This document shows positions 14,701-29,700 of a stretch of DNA of 64,000 bases, piece after piece (within the stretch, counting starts at the first letter, position 1; the number at the start of each line of letters is the position of its first letter). The stretch spans positions 8,681,764-8,745,763 of the forward strand of contig CM082590.2 of NCBI GenBank assembly GCA_040954595.2. The letters are read 5' to 3'. The position numbers were made by a program, and so were the translations under genes. A model generated the notes under the pieces. It was not told the origin of the DNA and searched no databases. It saw only the letters and a list, made by a program, of their open reading frames with translations. This DNA is from Balanoglossus misakiensis (taxonomy: Eukaryota > Animalia > Hemichordata).

Positions 14701-17700
14701 TGTGCTACAGTGACAGTGAAATCTTATAATGTCTCACGTAGATATGCAAATGTACCGAAACACGTGACAGTGCGAACAGTGCTGATTGGCCACGTTCATG
14801 CAACATTTATTTACATACCCATAATACCCTGGTCAACCATTTCGAGACCGACATCGCTATTTTTATCGTATTCATTGCGATCTTTCTTAAACTTAGAGCG
14901 CCTTTTGTTTGAATTATCGTTAAAAATTTCGTCAGTATCGCTTGTCGATGACTCATCGTCACTGAATTCGTACGACAGACTCGAAATACTACGCGGGCGA
15001 CGGACAACACGTCGGGTTGGACCACTGGTTCGGTGGACAGAAGGGTGTGGTCTGAATGAAGGTGTTATGGAGTTGGTTATGGCTGAAAGACATTGGTCAA
15101 TAAGCAGGTGTAAGAAGATATTAGCATCTCATTAGCATTTATCAAAATCATACAAGTTTACATCAGCGAAGAATGAATATTTAGTATTTATTCACTAGAG
15201 GCATTTGGAGAAAATAATACGATTATGAATACATAGAGAAGCAAGACAAAATGAGAAATGTCATACGAGTTTGCATATATTAGAATAAGTTTTTACCATT
15301 ACCATATAAGGAAAATTTGCATATAAGGTAGTATTGTTATGAATTCTTGATTGGGTATTTAATGTTAATAGATGGTAGGCAGAGAGAAATTTTTAATGAA
15401 AAGTTAAATTCGGTTTTGATTTATAGAGGTGGGGTTAAGAGTATGTCATGGGCTGGTGAGTAAGTAGCGATGTTGATTTTGTCGGGAGTGTAGTTCTTAT
15501 AGCGCGAGCAGCTTCGCTATTTCTGGCTGAGAAACGTGGAGTTATTTGAGTTCATTCATGCACCGCTAATGGGAATTTCTTATGGAGCGCTGAGAAACGA
15601 CTGGTTGCGTTACAAGATTTAACCCTTTCAGGCCGGATAAACGATATATCTGTTTCACCTTTGACCCGAAGGGGAATTCCTACTAAATATGATGTCATCG
15701 TTACAATTGTCCCTATAGGGGGGAGTACTGATATTGCCAATATCTAGCATGGAATATTTACTTTCATTGACAGAAACATGGCGACCTTCTCGGAGTACGA
15801 GAGGTCTCCAAAGAAGCGTAAAAATGTCGTGAATTTTTAAGGATCGAACTTACCATCGCCTCCTGCCTCGTCATCTTCCGGGAAAGGAACATCGTCCGTC
15901 GTCGCGGTCTCCGCGTGCGACTTAGCGCTGAGGAGGGACCCGTGCATGGAGGTGGCGCGCGATTGTCGTTCCGCTCTCCGTTCTTCCATCTGCGCTTTCA
16001 GTTTGTTCACCAGGTCTTTCTGATTGGCTGGAGACTGGGGCCGACTGTCCTCACTGGGCATCTCCGAGGGTGCACCTGTGGCTCTGTCTGTTGCCTGGGC
16101 AATTAAATATTCATATGAATAAATTAGCATATTGAATATAAAATTTGCATTTACAATTTATATTTTGCATATTATTATTGGAGCATAATTATGCATGTGA
16201 AAAATAAAAAAATCACAGAAAAACATGGAAAGAGTTTCTGCTTATCTGCCCCAGATAACATTCTCTACTTGCTAAGATTTACGGAGATATACGTACAGCA
16301 TACAAGCAAGCAAATAAATAGAGAAGAAACTGTAAATGAAGATTGTGAAGACTTAAATACAAGATACAGGAAGCAAGTTAACTACCACTTAAGCCATCTA
16401 ATATTACCTGAAATAAAATGCTATTTGTCATTATATATGAAATGCTGCCGAAGTTAACATTGTACCATTTTGCCAAAAAGTAAAGTGTTGCTACAAGCAT
16501 TTACCTTGTGAAATGCACATGATACTGCATATGCAAATAAGTATGAACTTTGAAATCATTTTGGATTCTCACTTGCTGCATATTTACATGCTATTTTCTA
16601 TTATCAAGCTTTGCCTCTGACCAAGAGCAGTTTAATGCAAGAAACTGAAATTTGTATACACATGAAGATACCTCAGAGATGAATGATATTGATACCGGTT
16701 GCGGGAGGATAGTCTGGTATAGGTTACCATGGAGATAGGAACATGCATTACCATGATGATGTAAACATGCATTGGTATGGAGATGGTTGCCATGTGAGAC
16801 AAGATGACATGAAATGAAATATGGAAAAACACATACATAAGTTACATGAAACATGAGGGATTGACATGACATAAGTTGACAATGATGTGCAGAACATTAC
16901 AGATCATGTGTACATGAAGTGCACCAAAACATGAAGACTGTCATGTGAAACATTATACTAGTAATGACTAAAACTTAACACAGTAACAGTAAGAGAAATT
17001 GAAGTGTAAAAAATGTAGTGAATCACACATATTGTGAAGAGTGTGTTGTGTATGAAAGTGAACATTGATTTGATGTATCATGCATGATAATTCAGGTTGA
17101 ACATGACATGTGAAACATGAATACATTTGATGAACATGAACACAACATGAAGACAACATACTATGAAGATAAGGAAAAAATCAATGAACATTAAAGACAT
17201 CATTGAGATATGTGTAGAGAGACAGTATTATAAGCAACATGAACACAAGTATGGTGAACATGAACAGAACATGATGGTAACATACTGATGTAACTGTGAT
17301 GAACATGAACACAACATGAATACAACATACTGTGAAGATAAGGAAAACAATCAATGAACATTAAAGACATCATTGAGATATGTGTAAAGAGAGAGTTACT
17401 TAACATGAACACAAGAATGATGAACATGAACAGAACATGACGGTAACATACTGATGTGACTGTGATCCTTGGTTTCTGCAGGATTACAGAATGCAATGGA
17501 ATGAACATGGAAAAATGGGAACGTGAAAACTGTGCAGTTTAATACTGGTTTGTGAAATAATGGGTTAGTCCGTGTACATACAACATGGAAGATGGAATGT
17601 GTTTGACGGGATGGATGAAATGTGATGTCTGGAAGAAAATGATGAAGTTAGATGGAGCTAGGATAATGTGACATCTGAAAAAAAGTTTGAATACGACTGA

Positions 17701-20700
17701 TGAAGATCTGTAGGTGTGAATTGGAATAATTATTGACTTTATTTAGAAAATGATAAGAAACAGTCCCAGTATTAATGAAACATCTGATAATTAGTGAAGC
17801 ATGCAGTTTACATATACGAGTGACAATCTTAAAATCTTATTTTAATTTTGAGATATACCATAAGTCAAGGTTCCTTACATAGCACAAGGGGGTTTTCTAT
17901 GAATCTTACTATGGATGTTAACACTAGTATTAAGGATGTAGTTTTGTTAGTTTGTCGTACGAGTCTTACCACAGAGTGCGCTGTTCGGTTAGACAAAGGT
18001 TGCTCCAAGGTGGAGGTATTTGGAAGCAAAGGTGAAAGGTCACGATACTATAGGAAGGAAAAAGTACGGAAGAAGGTAAGAGAAGACCGCTGTGCTCGTT
18101 GGAATGATGCTGCTCACACCTTTCCAGAAAAAAGTTTTGTCTGCAAATTTTCTTGTGTAAGAAATGTTAATGAAAGCAGTGTTGCACTGGTTAATATAAC
18201 AGTGCCCTAACAAGTAGATTGATGAGCCAGTTAAAGACATATACAGACAAAAGGATACTGCAAGATATATATTGTGGGGGCATCATTTTTTATTTTAAAA
18301 ACTGGTCTCATCTCTGATTGGTTAGCCACAGTGAGTCTGGATCACCATTGGATGCCTCAATATGAATGACCAATCATATTCTGATCAGTTTTTCAGACTG
18401 AGGCTTGGATTTCACTAGACTACCAATCTATTTGTTGCAACATAAATTTTTGCTAACATGCAAAACTTAACATGTGAAAAAAGGAAAGAAAAATATATTG
18501 TGGTGTGTTGTGAGGAAAAAATAACGCAGACATAAAATGTGAATTCATGCAGTACAAGCTGTAAATTACGATACAATGTAAACTGCCCGTGCCATGCATT
18601 GATAGTGACCAGCACCTAAATATTGTGTAAAAAGAAAAATTCTTAAATAGCAAATGAAATCTAGGATTTACAACAGTGGTGTTTTTTTGTTTATTCTGTG
18701 ATTTCTGTTTGCCATTGCTGTCAATATTTGAACCATTACGACGGCAAAATTAAATTTTCCAAATGACTTCCACATTTCAACAATTCTAAATGTGAACATT
18801 CTAAAATGAAACCGAAAAAAGCACAATATAAAATTTTCAGCCAAACAGAAAGCAGACGACAACTGAACTAATATTTAGCAAACGGAAACTGTACACACAA
18901 AAAACAACACTGTTTTATAAATAAAATTTCTTGCCACAGGTTGATCCCAAATGAAGAGTTACGATAAAAACATGCAAATTAGGAGCAGCCATATTTCTTG
19001 AAGTTATCCAATCCAATTTGCATGCTGGAACAGTACATCACCAAATTAAATTTGCATGCATTTATGAATGAATGAATGTTCTATTGCCATTGCAAAATCT
19101 CATGTTAAATATGTTATGTCCAAGAAAAAATTTGTTAATAATCGACCATCTTCACAGCATTCCAAAACAGTTAGACGTCTGGTGGTTAGGGGGGGTTACG
19201 CACTGCATGCTGGGTAATCTTACCATGTCGGTTCGCGACGTTTGTTGGGAATGGTCAACGACCGGGAGGGGTGTAGTTTGGGTTTCGTCTTCCACCTGCT
19301 CGGCAGGCTGTGAGCAAACGGTGTCAAAGTTGCAAGTTAGAATGGAACATTAAAGGGACAAAGTCTCTCTCTCGCTGCCCTTTTTCCATTAATTATGTTT
19401 GATGCAAGACGCCGTTTATGTTATTCTGTATGTGGATATATAGTGAATCACCGTTTGACCACACACAACTTCCATCCCACTTGTAGACACGATAGTGAAA
19501 AACTCGCCAAAATGAATAATCGGTGTTTACCATTTATTCATTTTGGCAAGATTTTTACTCTCATATCCTACAAGTGGGATGGAAGTTGTGTGTGGTCGAA
19601 CGTTGATTCACTATATATCTACATGTAGAATAACATGATCGGTGTCTTGTATCAAACATAATTAATGGAAAAAGGGTAGCGAGAGAGAGACTTTGTCCCT
19701 TTAACACTGTCTGAAATACTGACCTGGAGACACATCTACAAACAGCTAGGGAGCTTTTATGCAAATTTTAATATCAATGCTAGGGAGTTTGTATGCAAAT
19801 TTCTATATCAACCAATCAGGCTTCAAAAAAATATTAATGGACCATTTAGCTTTCAAAACATTTTACAGAGCTCCCTTAAGGTTGTAGAAATGAACTCTAC
19901 AGGAAAATATTTCAAACATCCTATTCCTACATTTAGTTTTCTAAACTTAGAGAACTTAAGAGATGAAAGATCATATATGTCACAAGTTCGATACATGAAA
20001 GTACATGATCACAGCTAGGTTGCACTTCTCAAAAGAAACATCGCAGGTTCATAATTATTGTTGGAAATGAATAATGTAAATGGTATTAAAGTATGTCTGG
20101 TACATTTATAAATGGAAACATAATACCGGTATAAAAAATAGTTTAAATATATACCTGAAAAAAGAAAGCACAAACTAATGATAATCACATGACTGTCTTT
20201 GATGGTCACATGACTCACCTTGGACTCTGGAGTTTTTGCACCCTTTGTATTTAAATTCAACATTTCTCTTTGCTCGGGGGTCAATTTCTTGAGTTCTTTT
20301 TTACTTTCCTGTAACTCGGCAACTGTCGTCTCTACCTGCTCTTTTTCCTTAGCCTAGGGGGTCAGCAAGAGGGAGATAAAAGGACAGATGGATGATGTCA
20401 AAAGTCAGGATCGGGAGTTCATGCATGATGTCTTGGAAAGGGCATGTATATAGAGATGATGACTGGATATATTGGAAAGTAAAAGCTATAGGATTTCAGA
20501 CAGACATACATGTACATTATGGGCACATGCATTCTGGGGGGGGGGGGTACATGCTTGAGGAGGGGAGAGATGGCCTTTTTTTAATTCCTATCTACTGTCA
20601 CAGTACAGGACATTTTTCTCCTGATGACAATTCTAACACTAATGGTATACATTGTACTAGTCCCACCAACACATAACAGCTTTACGACAGTTAACTTTGG

Positions 20701-23700
20701 GATTATACAAGAATTTCATTGCTTTTAATAAACAGGTCACAGTTATTTCATGCCTAGATTCTACGATAATTCATACATTTTTACAATATTTCGCATTCAT
20801 GGAGAATACGAACTCACCAATTTGTCGTGTTCTGCGATAAAAGCTTCGAGCTGTATCATTGCTTCATCAGCTTCTTTCTCAGCCTCTGACTGCAACTTCT
20901 GCGATTGGTCGACTTGTTCTGACAAGACCTGTCTCTCCGACTCCCATTTTCTCTGGTGTTCCTTGTACTGAGTTTTGATTTTGTTGTATCGTTTGGTGCT
21001 GTCTTCTTTCTGGGTTCGCATTTCAGCCTGTAGGCTTGTCACTAATAGTAGGCTCTGCGAGGAAAAGAAAAGTGAGATTTTGTGAAGGCTTTGTGAGAGT
21101 GTACATGTAGCTACAATGAAATATTAAAGTGAAGGGGTCGTCGCGCCGCGTTTGTTTATAAACATTACAATTCATCCACAACAAATTAGATCATTCTTAG
21201 AATGAACGAAGCAGCCAACCGTAGCATAGACTGGGCATGACAGCAACTGAAGATCCTAGTAGGTCGGGGCGACTGCAGTGAGGTTTGTGCTGGTATGGGA
21301 GGACATGTTCTCATCAAGGGAGACACCCACGCGGCGCGACGACCCCTTCCCTTTAAGTTTTGCGTGTGTTTCTGTTCTGAGCTACAAAGGAGATTCTGTG
21401 AGAGTGTACCGGTACATATAGCTAGAAACAAAATGTTGACTGAGGGTTTTGCGGAAACAAGTCAGATTTTGTGAAATTGAACCAGCTCACTTTTAACCAG
21501 ACTAAACCATCTACACCAAAAGAGGGATGTCACCTATGTCTAATTCTTACCTCAGTTCTGAACTGTTTGAAACCACCCCTGATTTTCTCGGGAGGTAGAT
21601 TCGCCCATCTCTCCTCATCTTCCAGTGGTATCTTCTCGTCAAAGGGAACTTCCTGAACGGGTTCCAGGTTGGATTTCGCACGGGACGACGACGGCGCCTT
21701 CATGGAATCACTGCTGCTTTGCTTGTCTGACACTAGAGTGGACAGATTGGAGAGGGGTTTACTACAAACTTTGTGTGGTGGCCAATTTTATAAACACGTG
21801 AAAATGTACGTATGTGTGTGAGTTTGTGTGTGTGTGTGTGTGTGCATGTGTGTGTGTATGTGTGTGTGTATGTTTGTGTGTATGTATGTATATATGTTTG
21901 TACGTCTCTAGTGTGGGTTTTCAAATGTACGTATAACCTTGTTAATGATCCAAGATTTCTTGAATAAAAACCGTACTTACATTTAGATGTTGTGCTCTGT
22001 CGGCTTAGTTGATCCTTTAATCAAAAAAAGAAAAAAAAATTGTGGGTTGATTATTGCTGCCTATCGAAAAGAGTTTCTTTCTGAAGGAAAGGTATATTTT
22101 CAAGCCTGTTATTATGCTTATTTCTGTATCTGTCTCCTCTCATCATAGACAATATCATACCAATCTTTGTGTAGGCTAGAAATCTGTATTTATGAATATA
22201 ATGATGGGAGTTTACAAACTGAGACATTGACGATATTTCTCCTTGTACACAGGTGATAAACCTAGGGTAAGTTTAGGTTGTCAAAAATCAATTTTGTTTG
22301 GATTCAACTTTACGTTTTCAAGGAAAACACACACAAAAAACAGACATGCATAACGTTACATAAATCACAAAATAATGTGAAAGGGATATTCCATCGGTCA
22401 GAAATAAAATTATGACATGGTTTGGGTAGTTTCAGAAACATGCATGTCACAATTAAAGATTCAAAAACCATTACTTTCAGAATAATCTTTTGCCTTTCCT
22501 TTTATGGTTTGAGGGAGAGAAAAACAAAAGTTAGCATCATTAGTATTGCTACACCACTGAGGGCACAATTCATTCTTGGGAACAGGGTATGGTGATCCTG
22601 TTAATTGTGTATTCTCTTTTTAAAATAATGCTAACATCAACTTGGTAATATTTGCTGTATGAAGGATAAAGAGCTTGTGTCAAACAACACACTGTGGAAT
22701 GATTTTCTCAGAGCACTTTTCAATACCAATCAGGGGGGTCTTTCGTGCTATATTGACATGCTCCAGCCAATTAAATTGGGGATGCAGACAAGCCAAATAT
22801 TCTACATGCTGATGGGGAGTGAACAGTTGTGAACTAATCTTTAAATCTGGCAACCCCCATTCTTATTTTGGTATGTGCCAAGCCGACCACAATAAATACG
22901 TATAGGATCACTTCATAGCAGCATTCAGGGGGTGTTGGGACCAAAAATAGTACCACTCATTATAAAGGACCTCAGTCACTTTGCTCACATCTCTAAAATA
23001 TCATTTTATATGGTCTACTGAAGTTGCCAAGTCAAATTCTACAATACGCCGACTTCCAAATAACAACAGACCACCAACTCTGTTTGATGTCTTGTTAAAT
23101 GCAACAGATGGTAGGTTTTCAATTAATTTCAGTTGACAACCAGTAAAATTATGCCAACTCGTGACTGAGCTTCTCCAAGGATTTCAATAAATTTATAAAA
23201 CAAACAAAAAGCTTGTGGCAGTGCTTTTACATGCTGGTGAAATTCACTTCAAGAAATAAAGGCAAAAAGTTTTTGATTTGATCGCCTAAATACCAACCCA
23301 GTTTTTGCGTAACCAGATAGATCTTTCTATGATGTTAGCTCGTAACTGTGGCAACAACATTAAGAGGTTAGTAAAATCTTCACATTTTTTTAAACATAAA
23401 ATTTGTAACTATTTATTTATAAATTTTGCTAGAGGTTTGATTTCAAGACATTTCTCTTCATTTTTAGTTTAAAATAAAAGCTAAAACTGATAAAAAATAT
23501 ATAATTTTATGAAATTTGTGTGACACGTTTTGGATGAAAGAGTCATCTCGGCAAGTATGATCGTGTGGTTCGCAAATTGCCACTTACCGACTTCTTTCTG
23601 CTTAGTGATCCTGGAGTGTCTTTGTTTACCTGTAAATAACATCAATATTCATGAATTAATTATTACTAATTACAAATAATTATTCTAATAAAAATATATA

Positions 23701-26700
23701 AACAGCAGTAATGTAATGGAAGTCACCAATGTTAGTGTGTGATGTTAGTATCACCTACCGGGTACCTGCACGATAATGAAACTATAGTACAGCTTGATTT
23801 AATTAGTAATCCACACGACCCCGGCATGACCTTTACATCCTGGCATTTTCCATTGGTACATGAAGTCTACATAAGTTTGATCTCAAACTCAGTATTATTT
23901 TCAAGACAAGAAGTGTTGAATATTTCTAGAAAACACCAAAATACCAGGACGTAAAATCATGCACACCAGCGACGATACCCAAGCTTATAAAAAACCAAGG
24001 CAACCTGATACAACCAAATCTAAGCCATCTATATTGTTTAACAGCCATTTTGATGAAAAATGACATATTTAGACATTAAAGTGTAATTTCATAATACCGT
24101 AGTTATCATTATGATATTCTGTGAATCACAGCACAGACGACCAACTCTTAGTTGCCGGGCAATCATGAACCATCACTGTCTGCATTCAACGCCAACTATT
24201 TGTCCAGTAAACCGTACAAGGGAAACGGAAATTTAACATCCCGGAAAACTGAATTACAGACAGACGTCTTTTGACGACAGATCGCTTTGGTGTATTTACA
24301 ATTAACTTTTTACAAGGTGTACTTGGCACAAAGTGAGTTGTTTCAAATTACGAGATTGAAACAGTTTCTGAAGGAAACTTCGCAATACAGAAAGCTTTCT
24401 TGTTACTATGCCTGTATTGACATCAACCATTTCATACTGTAACTTCTTTTCAAAGCATAATCAACTTTAAACTGTTGATGAAATAATCAAATCAGTACAG
24501 ATTTTTTCTATTTGATAAATTCTGAAATTGCTAATTCTATCTTCTTCCGGCAACCAATGAATGTCACCATGGAAACATATCACTATGGTGACAACTTCAT
24601 TCAGTGAAAGAAATCTTACTATCGTACACCTTCACAAACACTTAATATTTATCCACCAAACATGCAGTTTGATACCACGTTACAAATATTTTATGCAAAT
24701 TGTTTCCATGCATTAATTATGTTAATGAGCTGAAGCAATTACAATGTTGCGAATACTGCCACATACATTATTACATGTACATTGCAACCACTGTTCACAA
24801 ATACAGTACATCTATGTTTCTGTCCATTGCAAACTTACGTCTGCCAGCATAGGGTCTAAATTTTCTACAGTCTCGTCGGGAACACAAATTTTCGTGTCTT
24901 TAATTTCCTCGCTTTTCGTTTCTCTGACCACCTCCTCTGTCTTAATTACAGTCGGAGGGACGCTAGTCGTCAGATTTTCGACGGAGGGACTCGGTGAGAC
25001 CACGGTGGTGGTGGCAAAGGACGGATTAGGAGTGAGAAGTTGATTTTGCGACCGGTTCTCGTACTTACCATCAAAGAAGAAGAGAACATGCTGGTTAGGT
25101 CAAAGGCCAGAAAGTGCAGGGGTCAAGGGTTAATTAGTCAGTGACTGGAGGTCAAAGGTTAATTGTAGGAGAACATTTTGTGAAAATATGAAATGTCCAG
25201 GCATGTTATACAGCTCACAGACATATTCGACCATGCAATATGTTCTTCAAATAACAGAATACTTAATAATACTTCAACGTTTAAGATATACTGATATTCA
25301 GTCTGTACTATATACAGTAGTAGCTTAAAATGACATTTTATGGAAAGTGATACAATTTAATTCTTATATTTCAATGACAGACCATTATAAACTTTAAGCG
25401 AACTGGAGATTTGTTTGCCTAGGACCAAACAAAACATTTTATTCTACAAAAAAGTTGGATATTAATATACCACTCAGTACTGCCTTTAAGATGACCCTAG
25501 TGTAACTTTTCGATAAACAACAAAAACAAGGTTTTCTTGTAATTCATCTCAGGAAATGGGGGCACGTTCAACACAACCACGCACACACATACCGTACACA
25601 TGTAAACATTCTTCATAATTGAACTTCAAATATCTCTCAGGTTTCCAATGAACACTATATAATACTCACAGTATCAAATGAACTCAACTGAGACTGACCA
25701 TTCAAAAAAGTTCAAAGGTGCTAGAACATGACTCCAGCCATGAATGAACACTACGATAAAATGTTTGTAGGCTCAGGTGTATGAAAGATGGCTGCCATGT
25801 GGCTTATGCTGTTCGACAATTTTAAAACATATTTTCTCACATTTTAAAAAATCCTACAAAACATCTCTGATAGTGATACAGATTGAACACGAGTTCGTTT
25901 CTTCCCAAAATGAGCAGATTTTGTTTGAAGAATCTGCTATAAATATAATTTTAAAGTAAAAAAGTTGTTGTTTGACCAACCTGGGTTCCGTTGCTCGCTC
26001 TCCATCAACACAAAACAAAAACACAAAAACGTTTTGTGTAACAACCACGCAGAGACAATCGGACCCTCATCAAAAATTGATGGCGGTCTGGAGGTCATTA
26101 TGCGAGGCTTGGAACTGGCCGGAGAATGGACAGTGGTCGGGGATTAGGTAATGGATATTGATCTCACAGCGGGCGAGACAATAGCCAGGACAAACAGAGA
26201 ACAAGAGCCACCTATTTTAGTCCCCTCTGTGTGTGGAGGGGACCTGTTCTATTCAAACTGTGCATTTGAGAACTTCGTATTAAATGCCAAGAAAGTGCAA
26301 CCTTCACCCCTATGTTAAGGGCACAGTGAAACATCCCGAGCACACTACATTTGCTTGGTTCGTTCCAAGAGTGGAATAAAGGGGGGATGTTTATTTATTT
26401 TACATGAAAATGAGTCAAATACAAAAATCTGCAAAAGTCGTTAGTGAAAAAATGTGCATATAGGAAAACAAAGTCAGTCAGAAAGAAAACACTTTATGAA
26501 AAGTATTAATGATATAAAAAACTTAGAAATATGCAATGAAATAAATTGTTAATGTGCTAAATATGAGTGTTAATATGTCAAAACTAAAAATACTCTTGAA
26601 AAGATTTCAGCAAATCAAAATGGCACACCACACATGCAAATATGAAAAATACAAATGATGCATTACCATGACAACATCAGGTAAAGGTGAAAATGGCTGA

Positions 26701-29700
26701 GGTGACATTGGCACGCTTGGCAAGGGAGGATTCATTTCATTGAACAGGGGGGTCTCAGTCCTGTATCTCAAGGGAGTGCTCAAACGACTATGGAAGGGGG
26801 TGGAGTCCCTCGTTTTTAGCGGTGTGGGAGGGGGGAGAGGTGTTGTGTAGCCGTTCCGCAGAGGAGGGAGGGTCAGTGGGGTTCTCATATCCCACTGTAT
26901 AGCAGCAATGGGGGAAAAGAGGGGGAAAATATGACAAAAATGTGAAAAGAAACTTAGTTAACAAGAGAAATAAATCTTAAAGAAAACAAAAGTATAAACT
27001 CGGACCTCAAAATATCTGTTTTTACTTCAGCATCCCACATTTTATCATGAAAACTTTATACCTCTGATTGAGTCAAATAAAAGTTATTGATATTAAAGAT
27101 TTAAATGTACAGACAAACCACCTTTCTCACAGTTTGTTTACATCATGAAGCCCCTTCACATACTTTCATTCAAATCATTCCACTCAAACTCTCAGAAATA
27201 AGCAGATTTTTGCTCATAAAACAATTGTGATACTTTCGTATTCATAATAATTCTGACAACACGATAAAAACTGTTGTTATCCTATAAATAATTCTGAGTA
27301 TGAACTTTCTAAATTTTAGACTTACCCGACTAGATTTTCTGCTCAGACCATCAAAATTTGATCGTCTGCTGGAAATTCTGTCCTCGTCTTCAGAATCAGA
27401 TTCCCAGTGTTTTACCCTCTCTAATTCTTCTTCCTGTGTTATAAAAATACAAAATATTCTTTTATTCCCTGAATCTGATGACATCTATAACTGTCACCAC
27501 AGATCTGATGAAAAATATCGTTGATGTCGAAAGACCTGAATGTAACAGATTTACAAGTCTGCCATTTTCGTTCAAAGATATAAACATAAAAAAAATATAA
27601 CATTCTAATTAAGTCCCATTACCTCATCCATCCTCTGTGTTTTTCAACAAAATGGGAAAAGGATAAAATGAGCGAATGAATGAATGAATGAATGAACAAA
27701 TTAAGGAATAAATTAATAAATATAGGAATTAAAATTATCACAAACTCATAAACAAGTACAAAAAAGTGACTGAAGATGGATGAAAAAAGTGCTAAAATTA
27801 TTTTTATTTAAAATTTTAGAAAAGAAACATATCATACGTACACACAGAGAGATACATGTACCGGTACATCCATAATACATACAATCATTCAATCATACTG
27901 TAATACATACATACATACATACATCCATACATCCATACAGTATCATCACAACTGTATGTAACATTTCACAAAAATTCATCCCATAGCTCATTCTGCAACT
28001 TGTGTCACTCTTTTCCAGTTTTTTCAAGAATCCATCATTATTGATGACTCTGAAGGACTTTCCAATTCCAGGGCACTGACCTTTTAAAGAACTTTTTCAC
28101 ACCAGTTAAAACCAACCATTTTGACCCTTGACCCTGATTACAGCAGCCATATTGTCATTTCAAGCAGACTAGAATCCTCGCAATCCGACAATAAAGTCAC
28201 CAAATATTTGTCATGTCTCAGCGAGGCAACTATTGACACATATCGCGAACTACATGCCGTTTTCATGGCGATGTACCCCAAGTGCTTCTAAAATCTCCCT
28301 CGCTTGGGTGACGATTACCGTTTCCGTAGAAACCCGACAGGCGTAGTTCGTTCTATAAATAAGATCAACCTTACGGTAGCGGTGTTGCTATAACAGTGTT
28401 GAAGTAATGCGCCAATACAAAAGGAAGGAATTACGCTCTCAGTTAGGGACCGTTCAGTTTTTACGGCAGGGGGGGGGCCGGCAACTTTGTGTCATCGGTT
28501 CTCAAAATCAGGCCGACCCCCCCTTCACCCAGGACCAAAAAATGATGACCCCCCTTTGACAGACCCAAAAATATGATGACCCCCCCCCCCACGCCCAAAA
28601 CATTCGCCGTCCTGATCCTATGTACACTGTATACAATAAAGGGAATGAGGCTCCTCACACGTCAATTATATATTTCTTAAAGTATTATTGAAGTATATAA
28701 TAGTATATCGTTTCAATAAAGAAATCTATGAACAAATTAAAATGACAAGTCAATACAATAGTTGCTAGAATCGGTAAAACAAGAAAAGTGTCGGGCGTGG
28801 GAGGGGGTGTCCCCCTCCCACATAAGAAAATTTTGTAAAATACGGTGCCCCAAGTTGCAATTTAATGAACTCAAAAGCAAATTAACTCAATGTTAGGGAG
28901 GACAAATTTTAATTTTGCCACTCCACTCAAAGTAAGCATCGGGGTGGGGTGGCAAGCACTCTGCCCTGGTACACTAGACAAACCAGCAAAAAATGAAATG
29001 TAGCGGAGAATGAAGGGGGTGGGTGTGGGAGGGGGTGTCCCCCTCCCACATTAGAAAATTTTGTAAAATAAAGGGTGCGAAACTGCAATTTTGTGGACTC
29101 AAAATCAAAAGTTTGGTGGCAAAAGTATGTGACCCCCCCCCCTAAACGTTTAAAAAAACCAGATGACCCCCCCCTTGTGGACTTCAAAATTTAAGTGACC
29201 CCCCCCTGGATTTTGCCGGCCCCCCCCCGGCCGTAAAAACTGAACGGTCCCTTAGGGTCTGTCGGCAACAATAACTGACTTTCCTTGATCCTACTCAATG
29301 AAACACTCATGTATGTATGACCAGGATTACAGAAATAGCCTGACTATAAAAATTGCTGAGATTTTACTCGCTTTTACGCAATCGACAGTTAGAAATTACA
29401 GACAAGTCCCTAATACTTAATTTTTGCCAGGACAATTTCTAAGTCACACTGTTGCTATGGTTCCTATAAATATAGTCGGGCCACAATGATGCAAATTAGG
29501 CAGTATGCGACTTCTGTTGCCATTACAGTCATCTGTATATTTGATCCTGTAAGCAAACTAGATTCCTGACAATAAATTCCATTTTTTTCACTTTCTTTAA
29601 AATTTTCTCTCTGTTTTGGACAAAGATGACAATCCACCAAGTGAATTCACCATCTTGTCCAAAATTTTCCCCCAATATTTTGAAAACGTTGAAGATTTTC

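Noticed and set aside
14710-15135. 141-aa plus-strand ORF (similarly 8472-8783 and 24744-25043)
   Set aside because: These are antisense shadows of minus-strand exons of the FAM186-like gene.
26040-26190. Possible extra Ser/Pro-rich exon on the minus strand
   Set aside because: The open frame is not bounded by phase-compatible splice sites.
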